Of a DNA stretch of 64,000 nucleotides, positions 18,100 through 31,272 are shown piece by piece (the first letter of the stretch is position 1; each line of letters opens with the position of its first letter). This DNA is from the human T2T-CHM13v2.0 reference genome, Homo sapiens. Under the pieces are notes generated by a model that did no database searches, was not told the origin of the DNA, and saw only the letters and a list, made by a program, of their open reading frames with translations. The position numbers were made by a program, and so were the translations under genes. The DNA is taken from assembly GCF_009914755.1 (NCBI RefSeq), contig NC_060942.1. One strand, 5' to 3'.

Positions 18100-18760
18100 A
18101 TTGCTCATAAATAAAATACAATCATGGCATACTCTTTTCTCCTTCCAATCAATTCTCCAGAGCAAGAATTACCATTTTAAAAGGCAAATAATTGTTATTT
18201 CATCCCACTGTTTAAATTCCTTTAGCAGCCTCTGGTTTCTCTCAACCCCCCTCAAGTGGACACACATGGTATTATTCCCAAATTTTCCTTCCTGTCTCAT
18301 CATTTCACAGATCTTTTTTTTTTTCTTTCGTTTCCTGTAATATTGCTCTCCATTACTTACCTTTCACCCAATTGCCACAGGGATGATGCCCATGCTGGTC
18401 TTACTGCCAGAAACCCCTTAATACCTTCCCTTTCCTCTTGGTCTGGATAACTGGTGTTCATTCTTTACATGGCAACTGAATCCTCCTATCTTCAGGGAAG
18501 CCCTGACCTCCTCAACTAGGTCAAATTCTCCTATTATAGACAATATTTATGTACTCAAACTCTCCTTTATTGCATTAACTGCAGTCGCAAATTTAGAATT
18601 ACAAATGTAACTATTTCATAGCCATCTTTCCCTGATTAGACCATAAGCTCAAAGAAAGCAAGGACCATGGCTGTTTTAGTACAATTTTATCCGCAAGCTT
18701 AATGCAGTCCTTGACACATAATGGGTTCTCAGAAAATGTTTTCTTACTATATGGATGAAT
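18100..18760 (+). mobile_element. L2 3' region
   Basis: ...ccataagctcaaagaaagcaaggaccatggctg...gacacataatgggttctcagaaaatgttt...gatgaatg is the L2 3' end. Confidence 0.55.
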
Positions 18761-20945
18761 GGTTTGGCTCACTGTGTTGATTACTGAGGGGTTAATAAAC
18801 AGTGCTGTGTAGAGTGTGTTGCACACAAGAGTTCAAAATATTAAGTAACTGAATGAATACATGAATAAGTGAAATTGAATGATCTGTGAGCCAATTATCT
18901 ACTTCTGAATTTGTGGTTCACCTATCATTTTAGTTTGACATTTGAGACCATACATTTACTACCATAGAGGTCCTCTTTCTTTCCACTGATAACTGAAAGG
19001 ATATGAGTAATTTCTATTATTAACCTATTAAATCCTAATGAATTCAGAAGATATGATATATAGTATATTATACAATGTATTCCAGAGGCTGAGCTAAAGC
19101 ATTCAGGGAATGTCTATCTTTCTATATCCTAATCCCATTCCCACTTTATATAGTAATGCTTAGTGCTCAGAGAGGTGAAGGACTTGACTGACCCAAAGTC
19201 ACAGAGTCTATGATTCTGGCATGATGCAAACAGAAAGCTCTTGAGTCTATAATTGATAGGGTTTTTGAGCTTACTAAACATCTGTAGGGTACTGACACAT
19301 TAACAGTGCTTTTATTTCTCACTTTACCTGTTCTACATTTAAACATATAGTCTAATTGCTGTAAATACAGCATTTCTCACCAGTAATAAATTAAAAACCT
19401 TTGGCAAACTTCTCTTAATTGATGCTTTCACTCCCTTGTCTAATGTACTACCCTGAAGGGAGTGACTTTCAATAGCATTGCTTTCAGTGTCTTATTTGGC
19501 TTACCTAGAAAGGAAGGAAAACCGTCCTTATATTTTTAAAGGAATTTAGATTTTAAAGAGACACTATGGATCTGTTCCAGAAACCATATTTTAAAATGTA
19601 TTTATTATATGGCTTTAATTACAACTCTGGAGAAGACTGAACAATGCAACACAGACAGTTCACAGCATAAATTATTGTTATAATCTTAATGGCATAACAG
19701 GTGCACAAGGAAAATACGTTTATTCCTTCTTTTGAGATTAAATTTACTAAAAAATCTACTTTTGAGATTATATTTACTAAAATTTTACTAAAATGGAAAA
19801 TACAATAATCTAAAGTCATTCTAGCAAAATTTGATGTCTGAAGTTTCACTCAAGCCTAAAGTTGTCACGTCTTGTTTCCATTTGCCCCTTCCTTGAGTTT
19901 TTCATCACTGGCATTTTTACACTGGATTTTGGCATATTAAGTCCCTAAATGGCAGTGAAGGTACTTCAAGAGGTAGATGGAGCCTGACTGACCTCACATG
20001 CCTTGGGACTTTTCCTTCCTTGGTGCCTCAGTTTCTCTCTCTGTAGGGGAAGACTGGGTTGAAATAATTTATGTGGTTTCCTGAAACACTGTTTATCTGT
20101 TATGTAATTTAACTTTTTCTTTAAGATACAAGGTTAATTTCTATGGAATATTTAAAAAGTGGATGGAATACAAATCACACTGACATTATCATTAAAACTA
20201 TGCACCAGTTTTTTACAGGGCTGAAATGTTGATTTATAAATGTACTCTTTTGTCCATAAGAATAATTTGGACCAGTATTTTTGAAGGAAGACGGAGACAC
20301 CAGGTTTCATATATCATGGGGAATTAAAGGTTGAACTAGACTGAAGCAAATGGATGAAAAAAGTAGAATATGGTAAATCCAGGTGAGTTTTGCATTACTT
20401 TCTTACTTCCCACCCTGCTTTGTTGTTCCTCATCCATTTATTTCTCTTAGTATCCTTTTATCCTGCAGCCTCTGGTTACTTTGTTCTATCCCATGAATCC
20501 AAAGTCTTAGGTACAATATATGATTTATACCTGTTACCCCCAAAATGATGAATGGTCTAGGTTCCCTTTCTCATCTTCAAATTTCACGTGTTCTTTGATT
20601 CTTCTACCATAGGCCCCTTTGCTCAGCTTTCAAAAATAGCAACTAGATCATATGACAAATATATTTATGTTGTTGATATTTTAATGAGATGACTAAATTT
20701 ACTACTTTCTTAACATTTACATTTAATAGTGGATGGGTGGGCTGAAAGAATGGCTGCACTTCTGCTATGTAATCCCAAATAGAAACTCTAAGAGAAAAAC
20801 TTCAAGCCAAGTAGAAGGGTTTAAGCACAAGCTGAAAATAGAGGATTTAAGCCAGGTAGGTTTTAGGGCTCAGTCTTAAATCATGTAAAGACTCACATCA
20901 GAAGAGCTATGACTTTTTACACAAAGATGGTCATATGTAATGGAG

Positions 20946-20990
20946 ATCTATCTATCTATCTGTCATCTATCTATCTATCTATCATCTATC
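20946..20990. repeat. (TCTA)n microsatellite, left block
   Basis: Direct reading. Confidence 0.9.
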
Positions 20991-21291
20991 TTTTTTTTTT
21001 TTTTTTTGACACTGAATTTAGCTCTTGTTGCTCAAGCTGGAGTGCAGTGGCAAAATCTCGGCTCACTGCAACCTCCGCCTCCTGAGTTCAAGTGATTCTC
21101 CTGCCTCAGCCTCCCAAGTAACTGGGATTACAGGTGCGCACCACCACGCCCAGCTAATTTTTTGTATTTTTAGTAGAAATGGGGTTTCACCATGTCAGCC
21201 AGGCTGGTCTTGAAATCCTGACCTCAGGTGATCTGCCCAACTCGGCCTCCCAAAGTGCTGGCATTACAGGCGTGAGCTACCGTGCCCTGCC
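20991..21291 (-). mobile_element. AluS inserted in TCTA tract
   Basis: Full dimer, T17 tail on +. Confidence 0.92.
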
Positions 21292-21345
21292 TATCTATCT
21301 ATCTATCTATCTATGTATCTATCTATCTACCTACCTACCTACCTA
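21292..21345. repeat. (TCTA)n(CCTA)n microsatellite, right block
   Basis: Direct reading; occupies the tail position of the next Alu. Confidence 0.9.
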
Positions 21346-21673
<328 letters not shown>

Positions 21674-21698
21674 TGAAAGTTGTATTGACCCATCATTG

Positions 21699-21852
21699 TC
21701 TCTCTCTCTCTGTATATATATATACACACACACACACACGCACATATATACACGTATATATACATACATATACATACACAAATATATACATATATATACA
21801 CACATACATATATATGTTTTTTAAGATATATAAATATATCTTTATATATATT
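21699..21852. repeat. Compound (TC)/(TA)/(CA) low-complexity repeat
   Basis: Direct reading. Confidence 0.85.
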
Positions 21853-21977
21853 TAGTGCTTCAGTGGAAGAACAGAAGCCCCCTAAAAAAAGGCATCATTT
21901 CACATCTTTGACTACTAAATTCTGTTTTGTTTCTTATCAGAAGAAGAGCAATCTTGTCAGATTACTTAAAAGAAAAG

Positions 21978-22066
21978 TTCGAGCTTGCAGTGAGCTATGA
22001 TCTCACCATTGAACTTCAGCCTGGAAAACAGAGCAAGACCCTGTCTCTAAATAAATAAATAAATAA
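21978..22066 (+). mobile_element. Alu 3' fragment (AluJ/FLAM-like) with (TAAA)n tail
   Basis: gagcttgcagtgagctatgatc...cagcctggaaaacagagcaagaccctgtctc. Confidence 0.8.
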
Positions 22067-22074
22067 TTAATAAA

Positions 22075-22990
22075 GCATATGGGTCACTCACCATGATCTT
22101 CTTCTTAACCCCCACCCAAAGCCCTTCAGGCTGAATATGGTGTGAGGTTGCTTTGGGAACCCTGGAGCTACTGACAAACTTCCTCATAGCCATGGGCACA
22201 CTCAGTATTTTCAGTCAACCTCCATTCCCATTGGTCTGTGCTTGTATATCACTTTCGCCAAGAAATATTAGGAATAATCTGGACTCCTTGGGAAATCCAC
22301 ACATGGGCTAGACAGAGGGGTTTCAGAGAACTAGAACAGCTTCACCGAAGCAGTACTCAGGAATCCCACTGCCCTCTTTGTGTCATGTCAGGGATCCCAA
22401 ATGGTGGCAGAGGCGCTGGGAGAGGTGGACTAGAAGGACCTGGGCCAGAATAAAGATACTGTGTTGGAAAGGACTTTGAGACCCATGGAAAAGGGACAAG
22501 TTCATTGGCTTCGGTAGAGACTGCCTGTTTTTCATGGCACACTTGCCAACCCCTGACATACCTCATAGTCAACCAGCCCAGTAAAGAGAGTAAGAGAAGA
22601 TCTTGAGTTTAAAAGGTCACAGAAGATACAGGGGATACCACAGGGCATAGAAGATAAGAGAAGGAAACTACTGCTATGAGGTCACTAAAGCCACACCTTT
22701 CTCCTATACCCAGATGCAATTTGAAAGGGAGAATAAACAGAGAAGAACTTTGAATAATCAAACACTGACCCAACTGCACCCAGCAGAGGTTGGTTAGTTA
22801 AAGAAATGTCTTAAATTATTGCCTCAGATTAGCACTAAATTACTGGCATGAGCTAAAATTTAGTCGCTTCTGCCACCAGCTCCCCATTAGTCAGGAGTTC
22901 ATGAGAAAGAACAGATAAATTATAGAGAAATAAAGCAGCTATCTGTTCCTTGTGCACTGAGCATCATACAAATGATGTGTAGCCCAACTG
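22075..22990 (+). mobile_element. Probable ancient LTR (LTR78/79-like)
   Basis: About 900-bp GC-richer block ending aataaagcagct...tgtgtagcccaactgc; resemblance from memory only. Confidence 0.35.
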
Positions 22991-24825
22991 CCCAAGTTTT
23001 TTCCTCACTAATATTTTATACAGAAGTTTGCAGCTTCAACTAGTGCTTCCTGAACAAAAAATATAACATCTTAGGCTCCCATTTGTCTCTGATCTGAGAA
23101 ATTATTTAATCATGCATGTATATAAGATAAATTAATAAAGAAATACCCTAACATAGGTAAATGATACTTTTCTGAGGGACAGAGATTGTATTCAGAGTTT
23201 CCTAGTACCTTTTCACCAAATACACACACACACACACATACACACGTGCAGTATCCAGAAAAGTTTTTGGTACATAGTAGGCATTTCATTGCTATTTGAT
23301 CAATTGTGTTGGGTGACTACACATTGGCCTACAACGAACATTTATGCATATTGGGCAAAAGCTTTTAGAGACTTGCTTGGCAATGAAGGCGTATGAACAC
23401 TGTAGTTCTCTGAGTTTTTGGGAATTACTTAGATGTCCTAAGTCTGGTAAGAAATTTTCAGGGATATGATTAGAAACAAGATCTTGATATTTTGTTCTTA
23501 CACAAACAAGAGTGATTCAATAGCCCTTGGCATAAATATCTAGGTTTTATTATGGGACACTTTCTTTTGGTTCATTCTTTTGAAAGACTGGTTTAAAATA
23601 ATGCTCAATGTCTGCCTCTGTCTTTGCTGGTGATAATTACCTTATATTCTTTTAGCATGTGGGTTATAATTTACAAAACTCCTTTCTACTATAGAATAAA
23701 ATGATTGGACTTGGTATCTGTTCCCCAATCCAAGCCTCAGTGACAATTTCTAAGCTACATAAATATTTACCAGGACTCTAGAAGCATAAAGAAAAGATAG
23801 AGCAAAGGAGAAATGAGCTAGAGAACTCTAGAGCCAAAGGCAGAAGAGTTGACAATGAAAGATAAAAGTTAAAATGTATGAAGATTTGATTGTGTTAGAA
23901 GATGTGCCAAACACTATTATTTATGTATAGGGCAATCAACAGGTTTTCAAAAACGCAGGCTCATCATTGGAAAATAGGTGCCAAGTATTATTTCCTAGAT
24001 TGCATCTTTTGGCAAACAGGAGAGTGAGTCACTGATGGATGGCAGCATTCATATGGCCTTCCCAGGCTTGGAGGGTTCTGGGGCCCTGGGCTGCAAAAGG
24101 CAAAGAATGTACTGGAGGTGAGTGTGCCAGTTTAATGGGACAAAAGCAAAGCATTAAACATTCCAAGGCAAAGAAAGGAGAAAACAATGACCAGTTCTAA
24201 GACTATAAGAAAGACTCTTGCTATCTTCATGTCTTCATGTTGTTTCCATGTTTGTTCTTTTTTTTGGGGGCGGGGGGGCTTTCCTCCTAATTATGAATCC
24301 TTTACAATTAAAAGGTGCAGTGGATCTGGTTTTAGTGGCAATATAAGATGGGAGAAAACTGGTTAGTTTGTGCCTCACTCCATAGAAGATGTGGCTTGAG
24401 TAAAACCCTAGGGATAAAGTGGCAGTAGTTACTAGCAAAAGATAAGTACATGACAAGGTCCTTCATCCCAGGGTCTAAGAGAACAAAAGTGAAGTCTAAG
24501 AGGGTTTGAGAAACAGCTTTGGCCTCAAGCAATAAAAGGTCCCACAAGTACAATATCCTGAAAGGCTAATTTCCAGTTCAGCATCTAAAAAATGATAATC
24601 CCTAAATTCTCTTTTAGCTGTATCTTTAACACTATGTAAAATGTCTTTTTCTTGTCTGAGAATTTGTAATCCCATTGTTCTTTCAGTGGAGTCAAACTCA
24701 TAGGTAAATGTTAAGCTACAGGGCCCATGTCTGAGTGATTCATTTCTGAATTCTCAGAGTTTAGCAAGTACCAGAGGCATTGTGAATAAATAAGAATAAA
24801 TGATTGAATATCGAATGATAACTAT

Positions 24826-25220
24826 TGTCAGGCCTCTGAGCCCAAGCGAAGCTGTCATATCCCCTGTGACCTGCACGTACACATCCAGATGGCCTTAACT
24901 GATGACATTCCACCACAAAAGAAGTGAAAATGGCCTGTTCCTGCCTTAACTGATGACACTGTCTTGTGAAATTCCTTTTCCTGGCTCATCCTGGCTCAAA
25001 AAGCTCCCCCATTGAGCACCTTGTGACCCCCACTCCTGCCTGCCAGAGAACAACCCCCCTTTTTCCTTTACCTACCCAAATCCTATAAAACGGCCCCACC
25101 CCTATCTCCCTTTGCTGACTCTCTTTTCAGACTCAGCCTGCCTGCAACCAGGTGAAATAAACAGCTTTATTGCTCACACAAAGCCTCTTTGGTGGTCTCT
25201 TCACACAGACGCGAGTGAAA
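24826..25220 (+). promoter_or_regulatory. HERV-H 5' LTR7 (395 bp)
   Basis: tgtcaggcctctgag...gcgagtgaaa; TATA-like cctataaaa at about 25082; aataaa at about 25156. Confidence 0.95.
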
Positions 25221-25222
25221 TT

Positions 25223-25240
25223 TGGTGCCCTGACTCAGAT
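25223..25240 (+). other. Primer binding site, tRNA-His type
   Basis: tggtgccctgactcagat versus HERV-H PBS tggtgccgtgactcggat (2 mismatches). Confidence 0.85.
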
Positions 25241-25363
25241 CGGGGGACCTCCCTTGAGAGATCAATCTCCTGTCCTCCAGCTCTTTGCTCCGTAAGAAAG
25301 GTACACTTATGACCTCAGGTCCTCAGACCTACCAGCCCAAGAAACATCTCACCAATTTCAAAT

Positions 25364-25372
25364 CCGGTAAGC
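25364..25372 (+). other. HERV-H major splice donor (CCG|GTAAGC), intact
   Basis: Strong 5' splice consensus about 145 nt after the 5' LTR, at the known HERV-H donor position. Confidence 0.75.
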
Positions 25373-25599
25373 AGCCTCTTTTTATTCTCTTCTCCAACCT
25401 CCCTCACTATCCCTCAACCTCTTTCTCCTTTCAATCTTGGCGCCACACTTCAAACTCTCCCTTCTCTTAATTTCAATTCCTTTCATTTTCTGGTAGAGAC
25501 GAAGGAGACACGTTTTATTAGTGGACCCAAAACTCCAGCGCTGGTCACAGACTGGGAAGACAGCCTTCCCTTGGTGTTTAATCATTGCAGGGACGCCTC

Positions 25600-26911
25600 T
25601 CTGATTTTCACCCAAGTTTCAGAGGTATCAGACCCTTCTCTTTAAATTTGCCTCCTTCACTATGGGCAATCTTCCACCCTCCATTCCTCCTTCTTCTCCC
25701 TTAGCCTGTGCTCTCAAGAACTTAAAACCTCTTCAACTCACACCTGACCTAAAACCTAAATGCCATATTTTCTTCTGCAATGCCGCTTGGCCCTAATACA
25801 AACTTGACAGTGGTTCCAAATAGCCAGAAAATGGCACTTTCAATTTTTCCATCCTGCAAGATCTAAATAATTCTTGTAAAATGGGCAAACCGTCTGAGGT
25901 GCCTGATGTCCAGGCATTCTTTTACACATCAGTTCCTCCCTAGTCTCTGTGCCCAATGCCACTCGTCCCAAATCTTCTTTCCCTCCCGCCTGTCCCCTCA
26001 GTCCCAACCCCAAGCGTCACTGAGTCTTTCTAATCTTCCTTTTCTACAGACCCATCTGACCTCTCCCCTCCTCCCCAGGCTGCTCCTCACCAGGCCGAGC
26101 TAGGTCCCAGTTCTTCCTCAGCCTCCACCCTTCCACCCTATAATCTTTTTACCACCTCCCCCCTACACCCGGTCAGGCTTATAGTTTCATTCCGCGACTA
26201 GCCCTCCCCAACCTGCCCAGCAATTTTCTCTTAAAAAAGTGGCTGAAGCTAAAGGCATAGTCAAGATTAATGCTCCTTTTTCTTTATCCAACCTCTCCCA
26301 AATCAGTTAGCATTTAGGCTCTTTCATCAAATATGAAAAACCCAGCCCAGTTCATGGCTCGTTCGGCAGCAACCCTGAGACGCTTTACAGCCCTAGACCC
26401 TGAAATGTCAAAAGGCCGTCTTATTCTCAATATACATTTTATTACCCAATCCACTCCTGACATTAAATAAAACTCCAAAAATTAAATTCCAGCCCTCAAA
26501 CCCCACAACAGGACTTAATTAACCTCACCTTCAAGGTGTACAATAATAGAGTAGAGGCAGCCAAGTAGCGACATATTTCTGAGTTGCAATTCCTTGCCTC
26601 CACTGTGAGACAAACCCCAGCTACATCTCCAGCACGCAAAACTCCAAATGCTCGAACTGCAGCTGCCAGGGGTTCCTCCAGAACCTCCTCCCCCTGGAGC
26701 TTGCTACAAGTGCCCGAAATCTGGCCACTGGGCCAAGGAATGCCCACAGCCCGGGATTCCTCCTAAGCTGCGTCCCATCTGGGCGGGACCCCACCGAAAA
26801 TCAGACTGTTCAACTCACCTGGCAGCCACTCCCAGAGCCCGTGGAACTCTGGCCCAAGGCTCTCTGACTGACTCCTTCCCAGATCGTCTCGGCTTAGCAG
26901 CTGAAGACTGA
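25600..26911 (+). pseudogene. HERV-H gag remnant
   Basis: ORF 26648..26911 contains CYKCPKSGHWAKEC (CX2CX4HX4C); upstream frames are broken. 5' boundary approximate. Confidence 0.8.
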
Positions 26912-26939
26912 CACTGCCTGATTGCCTCGGAAGCCTCCA

Positions 26940-29130
26940 AAACCATTACAGATGCTCTGGGTAACTCTCACAGTGGAAAGTAAGTCCATCCCCTTCTTAA
27001 TCAATACGAGGGTACCCACCCCACATTACCTTATTTTTAAAGGCCTGTTTCCCTTGCTTCCATAACTGTTGTGGGTATTGACGGCCAGGCTTCTAAACCT
27101 CTTAAAAATCCCCAACTCTGGTGCCATCTTAGACAATACTTTTTTAAGCACTCCTTTTTAGTTATCCCCACCTGCCCAATTCCCTGATTAGGCCAAGACA
27201 TTTTAACTAAATTATCTGCTTCCCTGACTGTTCCTGGACTACAGCCACACCTCATTGCTGCCCTTTTCCCCAGCTCAAAGCCTCCTTTGCATCCTCCTCT
27301 CGTATCCTGCCACCTTAACCCACAAGTATAAGATACCTCTACTCTCTCCTTGGCGACCGATCATGCACCCCTTACAATCTCATTAAAACCTAATCACCCT
27401 TACCCCCCTCAATGCCAATATCCCATCCCACAGCATGCTTTAAAAAGATTAAAGCCTGTTATCACTCACCTGCTACAGCATTGCCTTTTAAAGCCTATAA
27501 ACTCCCCTTACAATTCCCCCATTTCACCTGTCCTAAAACCAGCCAAGGCCTACAGGTTAGTTCAGAATCTGCGCCTTATCAACCAAATTGTTTTGCCTAT
27601 CCACCCCATGGTGCCAAACCCATATACTCTCCTAACCTCAGTACCTCCCTCTACAACCCATTATTCTGTTCTGGATCTCAAACATGCTTCTTTACTATTC
27701 CTTTGCACCCTTCATCCCAGCCTCTCTTCGCTTTCACTTAGACTGACCCTGACACCCATTAGGCTCAGCAAATTACCTGAGGTGTACTGCTGCAAGGCTT
27801 CACAGATAGCCCCCATTACTTTAGTCAAGCCCAAATTTTATCCTCATCTGTTACCTATCTCGGCATAATTCTCATAAAAACACACGTGCTCTCCCTGCTG
27901 ATCATATCTGATTAATCTCCCAAACCTCAATCCCTTACAAAACAACAACTCCTTTCCTTCCTAGGCATGATTAGTGTGGTCAGAATTCTTACACAAGAGC
28001 CAGGACCACACCCTGTAGCCTTTCTGTCCAAACAACTTGACCTTACTGTTTTAGCCTAGCCCTCATGTCTGCGTGCAGCGGCTGCCGCTGCTTTAATACT
28101 TTTAGAGTCCCTAAAAATCACAAACTATGCTCAACTCACTCTCTACATTTCTCACAACTTCCAAAATCTATTTTCTTCCTCATACTTGACGCATATACTT
28201 TCTGCTCCCCAGCTCCTTCAGCTGTACTCACTCTTTGTTAAGTCCCACAATTACCATTGTTCTTGGCCCGGACTTCAATCCAGCCTCCCATATTATTTCT
28301 GATACCACACCTGACCCCCATAACTGTATCTCTCTGATCCACCTGACATTCACCCAATTTCCCCATATTTCCTTCTTTCCTGTTTCTCACCCTGATCACG
28401 CTTGATTTGTTGATGGCAGTTCCACCAGGCCTAATCGCCACACACCAGCAAAGGCAGGCTATGCTATAGTAAAAGCCACTAGCCCACCTCTTAGAACCTC
28501 TCATTTTCTTTCCATCGTGGAAATCTGTCCTCAAGGAAATAACTTCTCAGTGTTCCATCTGCTATTGTACTACTCCTCAGGGATTATTCAGGCCCCCTGC
28601 CTTCCCTACACATCAAGCTCGAGAATTTGCCCCCCACCCAGGACTGGCAAATTAGCTTTACTCAACATGCCTCGAGTCAGATAACTAAAATACCTCTTAG
28701 TCTAGGTAGACACTTTCACTGGATAGGTACAGGCCTTTCCTACAGGGTCTGAGAAGACCACCGCAGTCATTTCTTCCCTTCTGTCAGACACAATTCCTCA
28801 GTTTAGCCTTCCCACCTCTATACAGTCTGATAACAGACCAGCCTTTATTAGTCAAATCAGCCATGCAGTTTTTCAGGCTTTTGGTATTCAGTGCAACCTT
28901 TATATCCCTTACAGTCCTCCATCTTCAGGAAAAGTAGAACGGACTAAAGGTCTTTAAAAAACACACCTCACCAAGCTCAGCCACCAACTCAAAAAGGACT
29001 GGACAATACTTTTACCACTTTCCCTTCTCAGAAGTCAGACCTGTCCTCAGAATGCTACAGGGTACAGCCCATTTGAGCTCCTGTATAGACGCTCCTTTTT
29101 ATTAGGCCCCAGTCTCATGCCAGACACCAG
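26940..29130 (+). pseudogene. HERV-H pro-pol remnant (protease, partial RT, integrase) with stops and deletions
   Basis: ORF 27350: QYPIPQ...SPYNSPI...YRLVQNLR...SVLDLK (gamma-like RT). Integrase-like qSDN and SSGKVER at about 28820-28945. Confidence 0.85.
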
Positions 29131-29711
29131 ACCAACTTGGACTGTGCCCCAAAAAACTTGTCATCCCTACTATCTTCTGTCTAGTCATACTCCTATTCAC
29201 CATTCTCAACTACTCATACATGCTCTGCTCTTATTTACACTGCCAGTTTACACTGTTTCTCCAAGCCATCACAGCTGATACCTCCTGCTGCTATCCCCAA
29301 ACCGCCACTTTTAACTCTTAAAGTAAATAAATAATCCTTGCTGGCAAGGCTATGCTGAACCTCCTTAGGCACTCTCTAATTAGATGTCCTAGGTCCTCCC
29401 AATTCTTAGTCCTTTAATAGCTGTTTTTCTCCTCTTATTCTGTTTAGTTTTTCAAATCATACAAAACTGCATCCAGGCCATCACCAATAATTCTAAATGA
29501 CAAATGTTTCTTCTAACAACCCCACAATATCACCCCTTACCACAAAATCTTCCTTCAGCTTAATCGCTCCCTCTTTAGGTTCCCACGCCGCCCCTAATCC
29601 TGCTCAAAGCAGCCCTGAGAAACATCGCCCATTATCTCTCCATACCACCCCCAAAAATTTTCTCTGTCCCAACACTTTACCACGATTTCATTTTATTTTT
29701 CTTATTAATAT

Positions 29712-29724
29712 AAGAAGACAGGAA
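29712..29724 (+). other. Polypurine tract
   Basis: aagaagacaggaa immediately before the 3' LTR. Confidence 0.85.
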
Positions 29725-30127
29725 TGTCAGGCCTCTGAACCCAAGCTAAGCCATCATATCCCCTGTGACCTGTACGTACACATCCAGATGGCCAGTTCCT
29801 GCCTTAACTGATGACATTCCACCACAAAAGAAGTGAAAATGGCCTGTTCCTGCCTTAACTGATGACATTGTCTTGTGAAATTCCTTCTCCTGGCTCATCC
29901 TGGCTCAAAAAGCTCCCCCATTGAGCACCTTGTGACGCCCACTCCTGCCCGCCAGAGAACAACCCCCCTTTTTCCTTTACCTACCCAAATCCTATAAAAC
30001 GGCCCCACCCCTATCTCCCTTCGCTGACTCTTTTCGGACTCAGCCTGCCTGCACCCAGGTGAAATAAACAGCTTTATTGCTCACACAAAGCCTGTTTGGT
30101 GGTCTCTTCACATGGACGCGCATGAAA
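29725..30127 (+). promoter_or_regulatory. HERV-H 3' LTR7 (403 bp)
   Basis: By hand count about 17 substitutions and 2 indels versus the 5' LTR. Both lack the gactgtaat segment present in the solo LTR. AATAAA on + at 30063-30068 and on - at 30073-30078. Confidence 0.95.
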
Positions 30128-31006
30128 ACTATGCCCCTCATCCCTCTTCTTCCCTAATTAATGATTAAAAACTGTCCTTAACCCATGAAGATGGGCTTGA
30201 TGGATTCCATCTCATGCTTAGCTTTATGGTTTTCTTCTTCATGCTTGCCTATTAAACATTCAGAACTGTGCTCTCTGGTAGTGTATTTTCTGAGCTTGAA
30301 TTTAATAAACCAATTCACACCAATGGGAAAAAATTAGTGAATGGGCAATTTCATTTTACATGATGAGCCATTGTAAAACCAACAAGAGAAAAGTCTCTGG
30401 TAGCATTTCATGTAAGGGAAGAGAGGAGATTTTGGCAATATAGGGAGCTCATAGTGTCTCTGGAGCCATCAAGCCTCATACCCTACAAATGGTCCTGATG
30501 CAGGTGAAGCAGCCCTAAGAAGGACTCCTCAATGAGGGGAGCAAAGCATCCTTTAATGAGCATATGAACCACCAAATTCATAGTAGCTTCTCTCTTCCCA
30601 CTACAGAGACAATATCCTTTTGCCACAGCTCAGTGCCTTCACTGTGATAATTTTGCTACAGCTTAACTGGGGCAGAGCACTGTAAATACACAGATATTTT
30701 ATTTCAGCTCTCCAATGACCCCAAACCAGTTCCTATTATTAATAATTCCTGTAAGGTTTATCTCTGGAGCATTCAAGAAGAAGCACCATGACTTTCTACA
30801 ATTAAGAAAAGACCAGGCTGCAGATTTCTGCTCTGAAATATTTCCTGAGCTTCTTCATTATTTACTGAGATTCCTGAAATGCAAACAACCAGTGTTATCA
30901 GGCAAAGGCAGATCCCCTGAGCCTTTTATCATTCTGGCTGCAATTTTGCATATTTCCTTTATAACCAGACAGCATACCAAATGAAGCTAGACTCTTTAAA
31001 GGGAAA

Positions 31007-31272
31007 TGAGGCAATTGGAATGTCAATTTTATTTAGTACTATGTTGTAAAAACTAAACAGCATATCCAGCTGATTGACAAAATCCATCCAACTGTTAAAG
31101 GCAAAACAAAACTATCTCAAGAGGTACAGATATGCAGAGCTTGCTTTTACCTACAGGCAGATATTTAAAGAGAGAGAGACACATAGAGAGATAATATTGA
31201 AGCAGAATGCTACATATGGAATTGTCCAACTAATAAAATTCAGAGAGCGTGAGGAACTCAAAAGCAAAGATA
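31007..31272 (-). other. RIT2: RIT2 3' UTR (distal end approximate)
   Basis: Unique sequence after the stop codon. AATAAA on minus (tttatt at 31028-31033); cleavage inferred about 15-25 nt downstream. Confidence 0.7.
31028..31033 (-). terminator. Probable RIT2 polyadenylation signal AATAAA
   Basis: First canonical AATAAA on the minus strand that I found after the stop codon, about 240 nt downstream. Confidence 0.7.

Larger units (their letters stand above)
24826..30127 (+). mobile_element. HERV-H provirus (common pol/env-deleted type), 5302 bp
   Basis: Two LTR7s, TSD ACTAT (24821-24825 / 30128-30132), His-tRNA-type PBS, gag CCHC knuckle, pro/RT/IN remnants, PPT. Confidence 0.96.

Noticed and set aside
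19727-19795. Short tandem duplications (also about 40090-40150 and 46610-46635)
   Set aside because: Ordinary slippage in AT-rich DNA; no spacer-repeat array, so not CRISPR-like.
26648-27868. Functional HERV-H gag/pol proteins
   Set aside because: Stops, frameshifts and deletions; the RT frame breaks after VLDLK and no intact YxDD region was found.
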